A stretch of DNA of 64,000 nucleotides from Eledone cirrhosa (Eukaryota). The stretch lies in contig OZ024740.1 in assembly GCA_964016885.1 (NCBI GenBank), positions 236,530,001 to 236,594,000 on the forward strand, read 5' to 3'. The translations under genes and the position numbers were made by a program. Within the stretch, counting starts at the first letter, position 1. Each line of letters begins with the position of its first letter. Below, piece by piece: positions 37,730 through 52,224 of the stretch. The notes under the pieces are model-generated. The model had not been told where the DNA came from, searched no databases, and saw only the letters and a program-made list of their open reading frames with translations.

Positions 37730-40341
37730 ATAAATTGGAGCAGGGTAGAGAAGTCCCCTAAGTCCAGTAAGACAACTTCTCTAGTGCTGGTGGCACAAAT
37801 AAAAGCACCCAGTCCATGCTGCAAAAATGGAGGGGTGGTTAGGGTCCCTGAGTCCAGTAAGACGACCTCTCTAGTGCTGGTGGCACAAATAAAAGCACCT
37901 AGTCCATACTGTAAAATGGTGCTGGTGTTAGGAAGGGCATCCAACCAGTATATATACTACTGCCAAAAACTATGAGTACAACAATTGAGAATAGCAACAA
38001 CTGTGTCAACAGCAATAACACTAACCATGTTAGAGCTGTGCACGGTAGTGGGGTGGCTGGTGCAGCCATGTTCGAGAACCCCCCGACCGTCATCAAGCAA
38101 TCGCACTACAGGAACACAGGAAAAGGAACAAGAATATGAAGGCGTCACATCTCAGAGTTGCAACACTTAATGTTGGCACTCTCACAGGTAGATCTGGTGA
38201 AATAGTGGAGATGCTGGAGAGAAGGCATGTGGATGTGTGCTGCGTGCAAGAGGGGAGATGGAGAGGTGCTTCTGCGAGACTAATCGCAGGCAAACATCTG
38301 GGTGGGTAATGATGATGGGTTATGGGGAGTAGGCATTTTCCTGGCTGAGAGATGGATCAATAAGACAATAGAGGTAGTTTGAGTTAGTAATAAAATAATT
38401 TAGCTTAGATTAGCTGTAGGCAAGAGACTACTGACAATCATCTCTGCCTATGCTCCCCAAGCAGGCCTAGGTAAAGAAGAGAAAGACTGCTTTTACGAGC
38501 AATTTTACAAACAGCCGCAATGACAGAGGACGGAGACATCATTATGCCAGCAGGGGACTTCAATGGTCATGTTGGACAGCTCCAAGATGGTTACACTGGA
38601 GTACATGGTGGGCATGGTTACGGCTCAAGAAATGAAGAAGGAGTGAGACTTCTTGAATTTTGTGATGCAAGTGCACTAACCATTTGCAACACTAACTTCC
38701 AGAAACCTGCCAACCACCTAATAACCTACAAATCAGGTGAGCACATAAGCCAGATTGACTTCTTGCTAATTAGGCAGTGGGACAGACAGATGATGTCAAA
38801 TACCAAGGCATACCTCGGGGAAGAATATACCCCACAGCATAGGTTAGTCGTTAGTGATATCGCAGTAAGCAACAGACGGAATGAGACATACAGGAGGGTG
38901 TGGAGAAGAAAGGTCTGGAAGTTAAAAGACCTTTCACTAAAATATAAATTTAGCAAAGCCCTTCAAGATGTGTACGATGAAAAAGAAGACGATTTAGAGC
39001 CGTATGACATAGATGATAACTGGAATTTCTTATGTGACAACTTACTGCAGGCTAATGATGAAACTTGTGGCTGGAGCGGAGCTCCAACCAGATAGAGACT
39101 GACCTGGTGGTGGAACAGCATGGTAGATAGGGCCAATAGAGACAAAAGACTAGCATGGAATGCTTGGAAAAATGGTGGGATAGAGAAGGATATACAGCCG
39201 CTAAGAGAGAAGCTAGACGTCAGGTGTACTTAGCACGTAGGGAGGCTGAGAGTAGGAGGTTTGCCAATGTTCTGCGATGGGAAGATCAGAGACATGCGGT
39301 GTTCCGCATTGCAGGGCAGTATGTCAGTGCAAATCAGGATGTTGTTGGAGATAAATGTCTCCGGAATGATGCCGGTGTACTTAGTGTCACGAATGATCAG
39401 AAAAAGGAGGCCTGGAAATGTCATTTTGAGAAACTGATGAATGTGGAGAATGAATGGGAGAGAGAGAAATTACCTCCAGTAGATCCGACAGAGGGATCAG
39501 CTATTGAGATTGATGAATATAGGGTCCAAGAGGCGATTAAGGAGATGAAAAGTGGTAAGGCCGCTGGACCGTCGGGGATAGTTACTGAGATGCTGAAGGC
39601 ATCAGGGGAAGTAGGCACTAAACTGGTTGCACGCATCATCAATCAGGCCATATATGCCGGTGTCATACCCAAAGACTGGTGCAGCAGTATTCTCATAAAT
39701 TGCTACAAGGGTAAAGGGGATGCTCTGAACAGGAGCAATTATAGGGCATAAAACTGATGGATCAGGTCATAAAAGTGGCAGAAAGTATATTAGCGCAACT
39801 AATTAGGTCAAACTAGATGAGATGCAGTTTGGTTTTGTGCCTGGGAAAAGTACAATGAATGCCCTCTTCTTAGTGAGACAATTACAAGAGAGGTTCTTAG
39901 AGAAGAATAAGCTACTATACTTAGCTTTTGTCGACCTAGAGAGGGCCTTTGATAGGGTACCCCGATCTGTCATCTGGTGGTCCCTAAGGAAGCTGGGTGT
40001 TGAGGAATGGCTTGTGAGGACAGTGCAAGCTTTGTACAGAGGTACTGTCAGTAAAGTCAGGGTAGGAATGGAGTTTAGTGAGCAATTCCAGATACAAGTA
40101 GGAGTACATCAGGGTTCAGTCCTCAGCCCGCTATTGTTCATTATGCAGACGATCTGGTTCTTATATCAGAATCAGTAGAGGAGCTAGAGAATAAATTCTG
40201 GCTATGGAAACAACAGCTGGAATCAACAGGACTGAGAGTGAACCCAGCTAAGACAAAAATGTTGATGAGTAGAAAAGAGGACAAAACTCTGATTCCATCA
40301 GGGAAATGGCCATGTTTGATATGCAGAAAAGGAACTGGCAC
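37730..40341 (+). mobile_element. RTE LINE subfamily B with 5' UTR, truncated at the PHD
   Basis: 5' UTR with tandem ~90-bp units and hairpin motif at 37920-37947; APE and RT pieces 38137-40340. Confidence 0.9.
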
Positions 40342-40466
40342 TTGCTCAGGGTCACCGTGGCTTTTTTAATGTGCTTTCTCCATGAATCTCCCCCCCCCCC
40401 ACACACACACACACTCCTATTTGGGAATTTTACTTTGTTTCATTTTTTTGTTATTTCCTTTATTAT

Positions 40467-40630
40467 GCTTTGACGCATAGAGTTACGGCCCTTGCCATTC
40501 TGAGTTCAAATCCCGCCGAGGTTAACTTTGCCTTTCATCCTTACGGGGTCGATAAAATAAAGTACCAGTAATGCACTGGGATAATTACTGGCCTTGTGCC
40601 AAATGTAGAAACAATTATTTTTATTATTAT
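40467..40630 (+). mobile_element. tRNA-SINE family 1
   Basis: gagttcaaatcccgccgagg..gcctttcatccttacggggtcgataaa..ccttgtgccaaatgtagaaac(att)n. Confidence 0.8.
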
Positions 40631-40736
40631 TCTAGGAATCTCAGCCATTGATGTTATTTAACTGGAAAGTTTGTTCAAATGAACATCAAGCGCTACCTGC
40701 AGCCTCAGATATTCAGGACGTATTATTATCATTAAT

Positions 40737-41098
40737 CATCATCATCATCATCATCATCATCATTTTCCGTCCGCTTTTTCCTGCTTGCAAGGGTTGGACA
40801 GGTCCTATTCAGCACAGCATCTCTCCACTTGTCATCTCCTCCGCGAGTTTCAGCAATCTGAGGTCTACTCTCACCACCTCCGCCCATGTTTTTCATCTAA
40901 TGGGATTTCTTGGCACTTCTTTACCCAGCGGTCATCCTCCATACGCATCACATGTCCATACCATCTCAGTCTTCTCTCCTGCATACGACAACTTATCCCT
41001 CTTATACCCAGTTTCTTTCTCAACTCATCTATGCTTGGTCATTCACGCACATTGACATTGCACATCCAACGGAGCATGCTTGCTTCATTTCTCTCCAG
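40737..41098 (-). mobile_element. RTE subfamily B 3' end
   Basis: LERNEASMLRWMC..RLRWYGHVMRM plus tail, on the minus strand. Confidence 0.85.
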
Positions 41099-41715
41099 TA
41101 ATACAATATATTACTGGGTATTATAGTTTTTGATGGTGGTGGTAATGTGATTATAAATGAGGTAAGAGGTAATCAAAAATTACAACATAAGTTGAATTCC
41201 AAATTAAATCATTTAACTTCATTTAGTATACAAATAGGCTTGGAAAAGGCTTGAACATCATTCTTGCCATTTTCCCACCTTCAAAATGTCAGGTTCCTTG
41301 TTTCCAGTCAAAAGAAATAATACAGTGATTCGTAACACCTGATGGAGTCGTAGAGACACCATTGTGACATACAACATGTATTGGACACTTTAAACCTGGT
41401 CAAGCCCATCTCTTTCCAGGTCTGAACATAGTTGATTTCTTTCAGAACATGCGAGAGTGGAAGTGAGAAAGAGATAGAAGATAAATTGACCCCAGTACTC
41501 AATTGGCACTTTTTTATTGACCTCAAAAGGATGAAAGGCAAAGTTGATCTTGACTGGATTTGAAATCACAGCACAGAGAATCAGAACAAATACCACACAT
41601 CATTCTACCCAAAGTTCTGCCAATTCACTGCCTATAAAAGAAATATTACTACTGTTTATAATGATTATATTTAGCAAATGTAATATTAGTAATAAATGTA
41701 TAGACCAAATTTTAC

Positions 41716-41741
41716 CTCAGTTTCACATCTCTGGTAATATT
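41716..41741 (-). CDS. Host-gene 26-bp microexon, (E)YYQRCETE
   Basis: ttttgttacag acceptor, GAG|gtaaa donor; phase 1 start fits exon 44248-44344 and phase 0 end fits 31964-32152. Confidence 0.6.
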
Positions 41742-41974
41742 CTGTAACAAAAATAAAATAGAACCATTTAATCACACATTTATTTAAAATGTCATAATTG
41801 TTTATTCTTGTCATTGTTTAACTTTCATTTCCAGAACACTAATAACGTAGGATTAACTTTAGTACAATTGTATTGGTACAAGTTGTTGCTATTGTTAAGC
41901 CTCTGATCAGTCCTGATGAAGCCAAACTATGATTAAAAGCATTTTAGTTGTGATCATCTGATCTTTTGAGGATT

Positions 41975-42312
41975 ACATTTACCATGTTGCCTACATGGCC
42001 ACATTACAGCGTGGACTGTCTGGCGGGTTTTCTACAGCTGGATGCCCTTCCTAACACCAACCACATTTACAGTGTGGGGCTGGGAGGTTTTTACCGTGTT
42101 GCATACACGGCCACATTACAGCGTGGACTGTGTGTTTTTTTGTCGTGACACCTACACGATCTCATTTGTTTCAGCCTGGATGTTATGGCACCAACATAAC
42201 TTTACATTGAAAGGGGCGGTGTGGATGGGGTGGGGGTGGTGGGACGGGGGTGTATTTTGTTAGAGATGCCTACTGACTGTAGTAGGTTTTACTTTGTATT
42301 TAGGTAAGGCAG
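41975..42312 (-). mobile_element. RTE subfamily A 3' UTR fragment
   Basis: Reverse complement of about 3465-3810. Confidence 0.85.
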
Positions 42313-42579
42313 TATTGACTGCTTCATCATTGTTGAGCTGATATAGACGGTTTTGGCTGCTGTTTCCAGTGTCAATGTAAGCACATTGTATTGTCCTAAT
42401 ACATTAAGTAGGAAATATTCTTGAGTTCCAGAAACCATGGTCGGGTATTATATAAGTTAAAGCTGACTTTTTTGGCAATTTGGCTTGTATCCAAAATGAG
42501 ATTTTGGCTTAAGTTTAATATATTATCCTTTCATTGAGATGTTTACGTATTAGAGATAGTTAACCTTATAGAGTTATAA

Positions 42580-42611
<32 letters not shown>

Positions 42612-42614
<3 letters not shown>

Positions 42615-43851
42615 TAGAAGAGAAAACAGATCCCTGATCCGCCCAGGGAAATAGCCTTGCTCAGTATGTAGCAAAAGTGTTGGTAGAAATTCCATCCTTG
42701 GTCCCAAATGCAAACTATGGGTATACAAGAGATATAGCGAAATCTCAGGAAGTTTAGCTAAGAATGTGGGCTTTACATGTAGCCGTTGCATCGGGACAGT
42801 AAGCAGCAAACAACCACAGGTAACAAGTGCTATCAAATTCTGGGATGTCTTGGTAGAAACAGAAAACAGCTTCTGCTACCTGGGCGACCAAAATAGCAGT
42901 GGAGGAGGGTGCTCTGAAAGTACAGTAGCCAGAGTAAGAACGGGATGGAAGAAGTTCAGGGAGCTACTACCACTGCTAGCTGCAAAAGGCTTTTCCCTCA
43001 AAATGAAAGGCAGACTGTATGATGTGTGCATATGAACAGCAATGTTGCACGATAGTGAGATCTGGGAGCTGTGTGCAGAAGACTTGCGTAGATTAGAAAG
43101 AAATGAAGCTTGCATGCTCTGATCGATGTGCAATAGAAATATACGTGAACAGCAAAGCATAAACGAACTGAGAGAGAAACTAGGCATAAGAGGAATCAAA
43201 TGCTGTGAACAGGAGAGGAGATTGCGTTGGTATTGACATGTGATGTGTATGAAAGATGACAGCTGCATAAAAAGGTGCAGAGCACTCAAAGTCAATGGAA
43301 GCCGTGGAGTGAGGAGACCCAGTAAGACTTGGGATGAGGTGATAAAAGCTGACCTTGCCCAATTGCACTTCTCAAAGACGATGACACAGGACCAAGATCT
43401 CTTGCGTTATGCAGTAATACAGAAAACCCAACTTCCCACAGACACAGGCCGAAGCTGAAGCATATATACAGTATGCACCACACCACCCTCCCATACATCT
43501 CCCATGAGGATAGGCTGAAGTATACATCCAGTGAAGCTTCCAGCCAACACAGTTTTAAAGTGGTCATGATGGTGACACGACAAAAAGTGCCCATCCCACA
43601 CTGTAAATTGGTCATGTAGGTGACACAGCAAAAAGCGCCCAACCTACACTGTAAAGTAGTCGTGTAGGCATCATGACCTAGAACTCACTATAAATGAGGA
43701 CGGCTTTAGGAAGGGTATCTAGCTGTAGAAACCAAGCCAAAATCAGTTCTGTATATGCAAGACATGGTCACCTGACCTAGCATTGCCCACAACAGGACAA
43801 CTCGTCTAACCCATGCTAGCATGGAATATGGTCATGTGATGATGATGATGA
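42612..43851 (+). mobile_element. RTE subfamily A-related 3' portion (PHD to tail), decayed
   Basis: FCYLGD..GGCSESTVARVRTGWKKFRELLP; 3' UTR; starts after (TA)n. Confidence 0.85.
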
Positions 43852-44247
43852 TAATATATGTATATATATATTCCAAACCTTGCTAGCAGCGAAAACATAG
43901 ATTAAATTATGCTGATGATATATGCATATATATATACTTTTTTCTTTTATCTTCCAAGCATATAAAAATTGTTTGATACAGCTAGTTGGATTAACTTGAG
44001 AAAAAGTCAACAAAGATAAATTATAACAAACATATCTGTTACAATATATTTGGAGAAGTCTCTTTTTCATGTTTTAAGAATTTTTTTTCATTATTTAATA
44101 ATATATTTTATGTTATCTCTAATTAACAATTATTTAAAACTAAATTAAAACAGATCTCATTTTCAGTTGTTTTTCTTTTATATATGTTTTCTTGGTATTT
44201 ACACAAGAATATTGTGTTTAATTTTAGTACAAAGTAAAGATTTTTAC

Positions 44248-44344
44248 CTGATTCTGTTTTATCTTGTATTTCACTACAGCTAGTCTCTTTGATCTGATCT
44301 TCAAATATAGGTATTTGCCAAAGTTCAGTAGTTTGATGAATACT
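44248..44344 (-). CDS. Host-gene exon (97 bp), SIHQTTELWQIPIFEDQIKETSCSEIQDKTES
   Basis: ttttctcaatag acceptor, CAG|gtaaa donor, open frame; phase 1 end joins the microexon to give GAA. Confidence 0.65.
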
Positions 44345-45552
44345 CTATTGAGAAAAATAAAAACCAATAAATAAACAAAGCATTAACAAAATATACTAGC
44401 AATTCAAAGTAACTCATATATTACTATTTTATTCTTTTACTTGTTTCTGTCATTAGAGAGGAGTCTTATTTGAGCAATCTCTATTTGTTAAACCACTAGG
44501 TTAAGGGATATATACAAGCAGTAAACATAAATATGGACATGCAGACACACTTAGTTATACAACAGACTTCAGCACAGTTTCTGTCTATCAAATTTCACTC
44601 ACAAGACATTAGTCAAAGCAAAGCTTTAATAGATGACACTTGACCAAGGTGCCACAATATAAAACTGAAACTAATGCTATATGGTTGTGAAGTAAACTTC
44701 TTAACCACACAGCCATGTTTGTGCCTATATTGTTTGTATTTTTTAAAGTAGTTTATGAAGGAGGTAGGAACACTGTCTGTGATTTTCATGGGCTTTCTGA
44801 GACTGATGAGATTGATAAGCACTTTGAAATCTGTGTTAACCAAAAAAGGGTTGAGTGTATTTTTCAGTTGTGTCGAAAGCATCACAGCCCTATATATTGA
44901 AAGTTCTGTCTGGATGTTGCACACAGTTCTAAGAGCACATGACTACAAGATTTTCCTTTGTCAAAAACCACATAGATAAATGTTGCAACCAAGACACTGA
45001 GGTCACCATAGAGATGATGGAGAAGAATGTGGGAATTTATGAATTAAAGAAGCTTAATTATAGATATACAGACACCTCAAATGAACTATAGAACAGAGCT
45101 ACGTGGAGCAGAGTGGCTTTTATGACTGCTCTATGCATGCACAATCCACTGTCCACCACACACACACATCATAGGCAATGTTTGTTAGAACAGAACCCCT
45201 CGTTTTTTCTGCATTCGTAAGGGTAAAAAAAACATTATTTTGTTTTGTTTTATCATCCTTTAGTCCAGTTCCACATTTATATTTCTATCCACAATTATAC
45301 TGGCTTTCTGAACATCTTATCACTTATTACACATCTCACCATACTTCACGTAAACTACACTGCTTTATATATACATACAAAGGAAAACAATGAAGTTTTG
45401 GTTACATAAGATGACCTGATGAGAGAGTCCAGTTTTAGACCTGCTACTCAGTGGTAGCCATAAATGGATCCCAAAATATAAGGTTGTGCATACATATTAA
45501 GTGTATGAATTTTAATACAAACCATATATATATATATACATATATATATATA

Positions 45553-46243
<691 letters not shown>

Positions 46244-46481
46244 GGCGCTCGATAAGGATAAATATATATCAAATATATAAGAACCCTAGAGCAAATATTT
46301 ATTAAAATAACAGATTAAAGTTTAAGCAAAGAATCGCTGCTTTCAAACTTAATGGGATCTTCTGAAACTATTTTCCTATCTATTGAAATGTTACTGGTTT
46401 TTTGTGGTGTTTACATTGCTGAGCAGTACACATATACAAACACCACGAGAAACCAGTAACACATCAATAGATAGGAAAATA
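46244..46481 (-). mobile_element. Second copy of the palindromic mini-element end plus an adjacent ~44-bp-arm hairpin
   Basis: 46244-46370 is the reverse complement of 13995-14120; 46369-46481 is an imperfect inverted repeat. Confidence 0.75.
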
Positions 46482-46732
46482 CATCTTTCACTATCTGATG
46501 AAAACATGCCAGGGGATTCTTATATAACCACTCTGACATTTAAAAAATACGTATATTAGAATTATGTAATAAAATAAAGATGTATGAATAAAACTGCCTC
46601 TCTTATTTATTGAATTCAATCTCCAGTTGATACCTTACCGAGAAAATACTAAGGAATACAAATCATTGAATGTTTTACGTCTGTTTATGAAAAATTCAGC
46701 AGATTATATAATCAAGCAACTTTCATCAACTG

Positions 46733-46796
<64 letters not shown>

Positions 46797-46798
<2 letters not shown>

Positions 46799-47112
46799 AG
46801 GCACATGGAGGCATCGAATGGTTGTGAGTTCAATTCTCAGACGGGTGATGTGTTGTTTCCTTGAGCAAGACACTTTATTTCACATTGCTCCAGTTTACTC
46901 AGCTGTAGAAATGAGATGATAGGGATTGGGGTCCCTATCATTCCACTGCAAAGTGGTCGTGGAGGTGCCACGGCAAAAAAGCACCCACCACTCACTGTAA
47001 ATGAGGTTGGTGTTAGGAAAGGCATCCAGCTGTAGAAATCAAGCCAGAATCAGTTCCCGTCCCACCCTTGCAAGCAGGGAAAAGCAGACATAAAATGATG
47101 ATGATGATGATG
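46797..47112 (+). mobile_element. tRNA-SINE family 2
   Basis: Matches 17893-18200. Confidence 0.8.
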
Positions 47113-47642
47113 AGGGAGCTCATAGTTAGGACAACACACGGTTTTTCGTGGGGGTAAGTTTTTATTTATTTATTATTTTTTTATTTTTTTTATTAATTTT
47201 CGTATTATGAAAGACCAAAATACAACAATAATTTTTGCTCACTGGAAGCCGGGAAAGATTCTGAAAAAAGCTGTGAAAGCTACAGAAATATTCCATATAT
47301 TCTTCCAGAACAATCTCTATTTAAATATTTACATTTTACGCTGACTTGTCCGCCATTGCAAAAGGCCATAAATTCAAATTTTGAAAAGAGAGGAAAAGAG
47401 ATAAGTGAAATATGAACTTCTACATCTCACTGCCCCCACCACCACCACAATAACAATAACGTCTACACTCGCTCCCCACCATCACCACATAACTCATTAC
47501 CCTATCTAAGCTGGCTGACCTGTTGACTGTTGACAAACTGCTAACTCCTTTGATGTATGTATGTGTATATATATATATATATATATGTGTATCTGTGTAT
47601 ATATGTATGTATATATATATCTCAGTGGATACGACCAGATTT

Positions 47643-48490
47643 CAACACAGCAACAACTACAACTACAACAACAACAGCAACAACAACAGCAGCAACAACA
47701 CCATTGTCTGTGTTTAATGTGTGTGTATGTATGTATTTATATATATGCGACTACAATAACAGCAACAGCACCATTGTCTGCAGCAGCAGCAGTGAAATGA
47801 AGAACAACAACAACGACAGCAGCAACAACAACAACAACAACAGCAACTACAACTGCAACAACAACAACAGCAACAACACCATTGTCTGTGTTTAATGTGT
47901 GTGTATGTATGTATTTATATATATGCGACTACAATAACAGCAACAGCACCATTGTCTGCAGCAGCAGCATCAGTGAAATGAAGAACAACAACGGCAGCAG
48001 CAGCAACAGCAACAGCAACAACAATAACAACGACAGCAACAACAACTGCCACCACCATCACTGACCATCCACCACCAACACAATACTGACACCATCCACC
48101 ATCCTTCACCACCACCACAACCACCACCACCACCATCACTGGCACCATCCCACCACCACCGCCATCCACCACCACAACCACAACCACCACCATCACTGGC
48201 ACCATCCACCACCACCGCCATCACCACCATCACTGACACACCATCCACCACCTTCACCACCACCACTACTACCACCGCCACCATCACTAGCACCATCCAC
48301 CACCACCACCATCGCCCCCATCAGTCACCATCCACCACCACCACCATCACCATCACTGACACCATCCACCACCTCCACCTCGACCACCACCATCACTGAC
48401 ACTATCCACCACCATCACCATCACTGACACCATCCACCACCACCACTGACATCATCCACCACCACCACCACTACCACCACCATCACCAGC
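47643..48490 (+). repeat. Low-complexity (AAC/AGC)n block with ~180-bp tandem duplication, then (ACC)n/ccatcactgacaccatccacc minisatellite
   Basis: caccattgtctgtgtttaatgtgtgtgtatg repeated near 47700 and 47877; ACC-rich degenerate array 48050-48490. Confidence 0.85.
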
Positions 48491-48715
48491 GTAAAGCAAA
48501 CAATTATTATTATTATTATATAAAAACTGAACTGGACTGGGAAACTTCAACAGTTGACATGATTTTGATTTTGTATCAGTACTGCCGGTAATATATATAT
48601 ATATATGTGTGTATGTGTGTGTGAGTGGTGTGTGTGTTTGTATGCATGAGTGTTGGTGTGTGAGTGTGTGTGTGCGTGTTGTATCAATAAGTGTTTTTTT
48701 GTTGTTTTTTTATGA

Positions 48716-51700
48716 CCATGCTGTAAAGTGGAGAGGTAGAGAGGGCCCTTGAGTCTAGTAAGACATCCTCTCTAGTGCTGGTGGCACAAATAAAAGCACC
48801 CAGTCCATGCTGTTAAGTGGCGCTGGTGTTAGGAAGGGCATCCAACCAGTGTATCAATGCCAAAACGCTTAGCAGCACAGCAACAAAAGGATAGGAACAA
48901 CAACAAAATATGAAGACGTCGCATCTCAGAGTTGCAACACTTAATGTTGGCACTCTCAGAGGTAGATCTGCTGAAATAGCGAAGATGCTGGAGAGAAGGC
49001 AGGTGGATGTGTGCTGCGTGCAAGAGGTGAGATGGAGAGGTGCCCCTGCGAGACTAGTCGTAGGCAAACATCTTAGCTATAAGCTTTTGATGGGTTAGGG
49101 GGAGTAGGCATTTTCCTGGCTGAGAAATGGATCAATAAGACAATAGAGGTAGTTCGAGTTAGTAATCGAATAATTAAGCTTAGATTAGTTGTAGGCAAGA
49201 GACTACTGACAATCATCTCTGCCTATGCTCCCCAAGCAGGCCTAGGTAAAGATGAGAAAGACTGCTTTTACTAGCAACTTTTACAAACAACCGCAATGAC
49301 AGATGACGGAGACATCGTTATGCTAGCAGGGGACTTCAATGGTCATGTTGGACAGCTCCAGGATGGTTACACTGGGGTACATGGTGGGCACGATTACGGC
49401 TCAAGAAATGAAGAAGGAGTGAGACTTCTTGAATTTTGTGATGCAAGTACACTGACTATTTGCAACACAAACTTCTAGAAACTTGCCAATCACCTAATAA
49501 CCTACAAATCTGGTGAGCACATAAGCCAGATTGACTTCTTACTAGTTAGGCAACGGGACATTCAGATAGTGTCTAATACCAAGGCATACCCTGTGGAAGA
49601 ATGTACCCACACCATAGGTTAGTCGTTAGTGATATCGCAGTAAGCAAGAGATGGAATGAGACATACAGGAAGGTGTGGAGAAGAAAGGTCTGGAAGCTAA
49701 AGGACCTTCCACTAAAATACAAATTTAGGAAAGCCATTCAAGATGTATATGACGAAAAAGAAGACGATTTAGAGACGTATGACAGATAATAACTGGAATT
49801 TCTTATGTGACAACTTACTGCAGGCTACTGATGAAACTTGTGGCTGGAGCAGAGCTCCAACCAGCCAGAGAGTGACCTGGTGGTGGAACAGCACAGTAAA
49901 TAAGGCCATTAGAGACAAAAGACTAGCATGGAAAGCTTGGAAAAAGGGTGGGAGTAGGGAAGAATATACAGCCGCTAAGAGAGAAGCTAGACGTCAGGTG
50001 TACTTAACACGCAGGTCGGCTGAGAATAGGTTATTTGCTAATGTTCTGCGACGGGAAGATCAGAGGCGTGCGGTGTTCCACATTGCAAGGCAGTGTGTCA
50101 ATGCAAATCAGGATGTTGTTGGAGATAAATGTCTCCGGAATGATGCCAGTGTACTTAATGTCACGAATGATCAGAAAAAGGAGGCCTGGAAATGTCATTA
50201 TGAGAGACTGATGAATGTGGAGAACGAATGGGAGAGAGAGAAATTGCCCTTAATAGATCCGACAGAGGGACCAGCTATTGAGATTGACGAATATAGGGTC
50301 CAAGAGACGATTAAGGAAATGAAAAATTGTAAGGCTGCTGGACCATCGGGAATAGTTGCTGAGATGCTGAAGGCATCAGGTGACATAGGCACTAAACTGG
50401 TTGCACGCATCATCAATCAGGCTATATATGGTGGTGTCATACCCAAAGACTGGTGCAGCAGTATTCTCATAAATTGCTACAAAGGTAAAGGGGATGCTCT
50501 GGAGAGGAGCAATTATAGGGGTATAAAACTTATGGATCAGGTTATGAAAGTGGCAGAAAGGATATTAGCACAACTAATTAGAGTAAGGGTCAAACTAGAT
50601 GAGATGCAGTTTGGTTTTGTGCCTGGGAAGAGTACAACAGATGCCCTCTTCTTGGTGAGACAATTGCAAGAGAGGTTCTTAGAGAAAAATAAGCTACTAT
50701 ACTTACCCTTTGTTGACCTAGAGAAGGCCTTTGATAGGGTACCCCAATCTGTCATCTGGTGGTCCCTAGGGAAACTAGGTGTTGAGGAATGGCTTGTGAG
50801 GACAGTGCAAACTTTCTACAGAGCTACTCTCACTAAAGTCAGGGTAGGAATGGAGTTTAGTGAGGAATTCCAGATACCAGTAGGAGTACCCCAAGGTTCG
50901 GTCCTCAGCCCGCTCTTGTTCATTATAGTCCTCCAAGCCATAACAGAGGAGTTTAAGAATGGCTGTCCATGGGAACTTCTCTATGCTGACGATCTGGTTC
51001 TTATAGCAGAATCAGTAGAGGAGCTAGAGAATAAATTCTGGCTATAGAAACAGCAGTTGGAAGCAAGAGGACTGAGAGTGACCCAGCTAAGACAAAAGTG
51101 TTGATGAGTAAAAAAGAGGATAAAACTCTGATTCTGTCAGGGAAATAGTCATGTTCGATATGCAGAAAAGGAACTGGCATAAATTCTATAAAATGCACAC
51201 AATGCAGATCCTGGGTACACAAGAGATGTAGCGGGATAGCAGGCAAACTAACAGGTAGGGAGAAATATGTATGCAGTAGATGTACAGGGAAATTAGACAG
51301 TAGAACTCGCATTGATAGACACATTTTTCAAATGCAGGAGGGTGCTATAGAAGTAGTGGATAGCTTCCGATACCTAGGAGATCAGATTAGCATGGGAGGG
51401 GGTGTTCCGAGGCCATAGTATCTAGAATAAGGACGAGTTGGAAGAAGTTTAGGGAGCTGCTTCCTCTGCTGACGAAGAAGGGTTTCTCCCTGCGTATAAA
51501 AGGCTGGTTATATGATACCTGTGTGAGGAGCGCGATGCTGCATGGTAGTGAGACATGGGCAGCAACTGCAGAGGATATGCGACAGCTGGAGAGAAATGAG
51601 GCAAGCATGCTCCGTTGGATGTGCAGTGTAAATGTGCGTGAACGACCCACCATGAATGTGTTGAGAGAGAAACTGTGTCTGAGAGGGATAGATTGTAGTG

Positions 51701-51969
51701 TACGGGAGAGGAGACTGAGGTGGTATGGACATGTGATGTGCATGGAGGATGACTGAAGAAGTGCCAGGAAATGCCAATTGAAGGAAGATGTGATAGAGGT
51801 AGACCACGAAAAACATGGGCGAAGGTGGTAAGAACAGACTTCAGATCGTTGAAGCTCACGGTGGAGATGACGAAGGACCGTGACGAGTGGAGAGACGCTG
51901 TGCTGAATAAGACCCGTCCCACTCTTGCAAGCAGGGAAGAACGGACGTAAAATGATGATGATGATGATG
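48716..51969 (+). mobile_element. RTE LINE subfamily B, essentially full length, several stops and frameshifts
   Basis: 5' UTR motif, MKTSHLRVATLNVGTL start at 48910, RT ORF 49779-51047, PHD 51150-51284, tail (ATG)n. Confidence 0.92.
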
Positions 51970-52138
51970 ATATATATCAATGAAAAAAGAGTTAGTTGAT
52001 TTGTGATCAACTCGTTCTTATATATAACAAATGACAAGCACCCAACAGTATAAATTTATCCAGAGTATTATTATAATAATAAAAGTAATAAACGAAAGAT
52101 ATGTCTCCCAGCATATCAGGAAAAAATTATACATTTTC

Positions 52139-52224
52139 TATATATTTTATCTGAGGAGGACATGTTTTGCTTTATGTTATACATAAAATTTTACATCTTC
52201 GAAATATATATAATGAAATATATA
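52139..52224 (+). ncRNA. Minimal type I hammerhead ribozyme
   Basis: 12-bp stem I TATATATTTTAT/ATGAAATATATA, CTGAGGA 52151-52157, long stem II, GAAA 52201-52204, palindromic TATATA stem III, AUA triplet. Confidence 0.7.

Noticed and set aside
45415-45460. CTGATGAG hammerhead-like start
   Set aside because: No downstream GAAA or closing stems
46495-46540. CTGATGA near the hairpin
   Set aside because: No GAAA or stem partners
47335-47365. Minus-strand ATGGCGGAC as host start codon, or YY1-like promoter motif
   Set aside because: Frame stops after six codons and no phase-compatible donor; not supportable
47523-48296. Poly-Q/T/N/V ORFs
   Set aside because: Products of trinucleotide repeats; no splice or domain support
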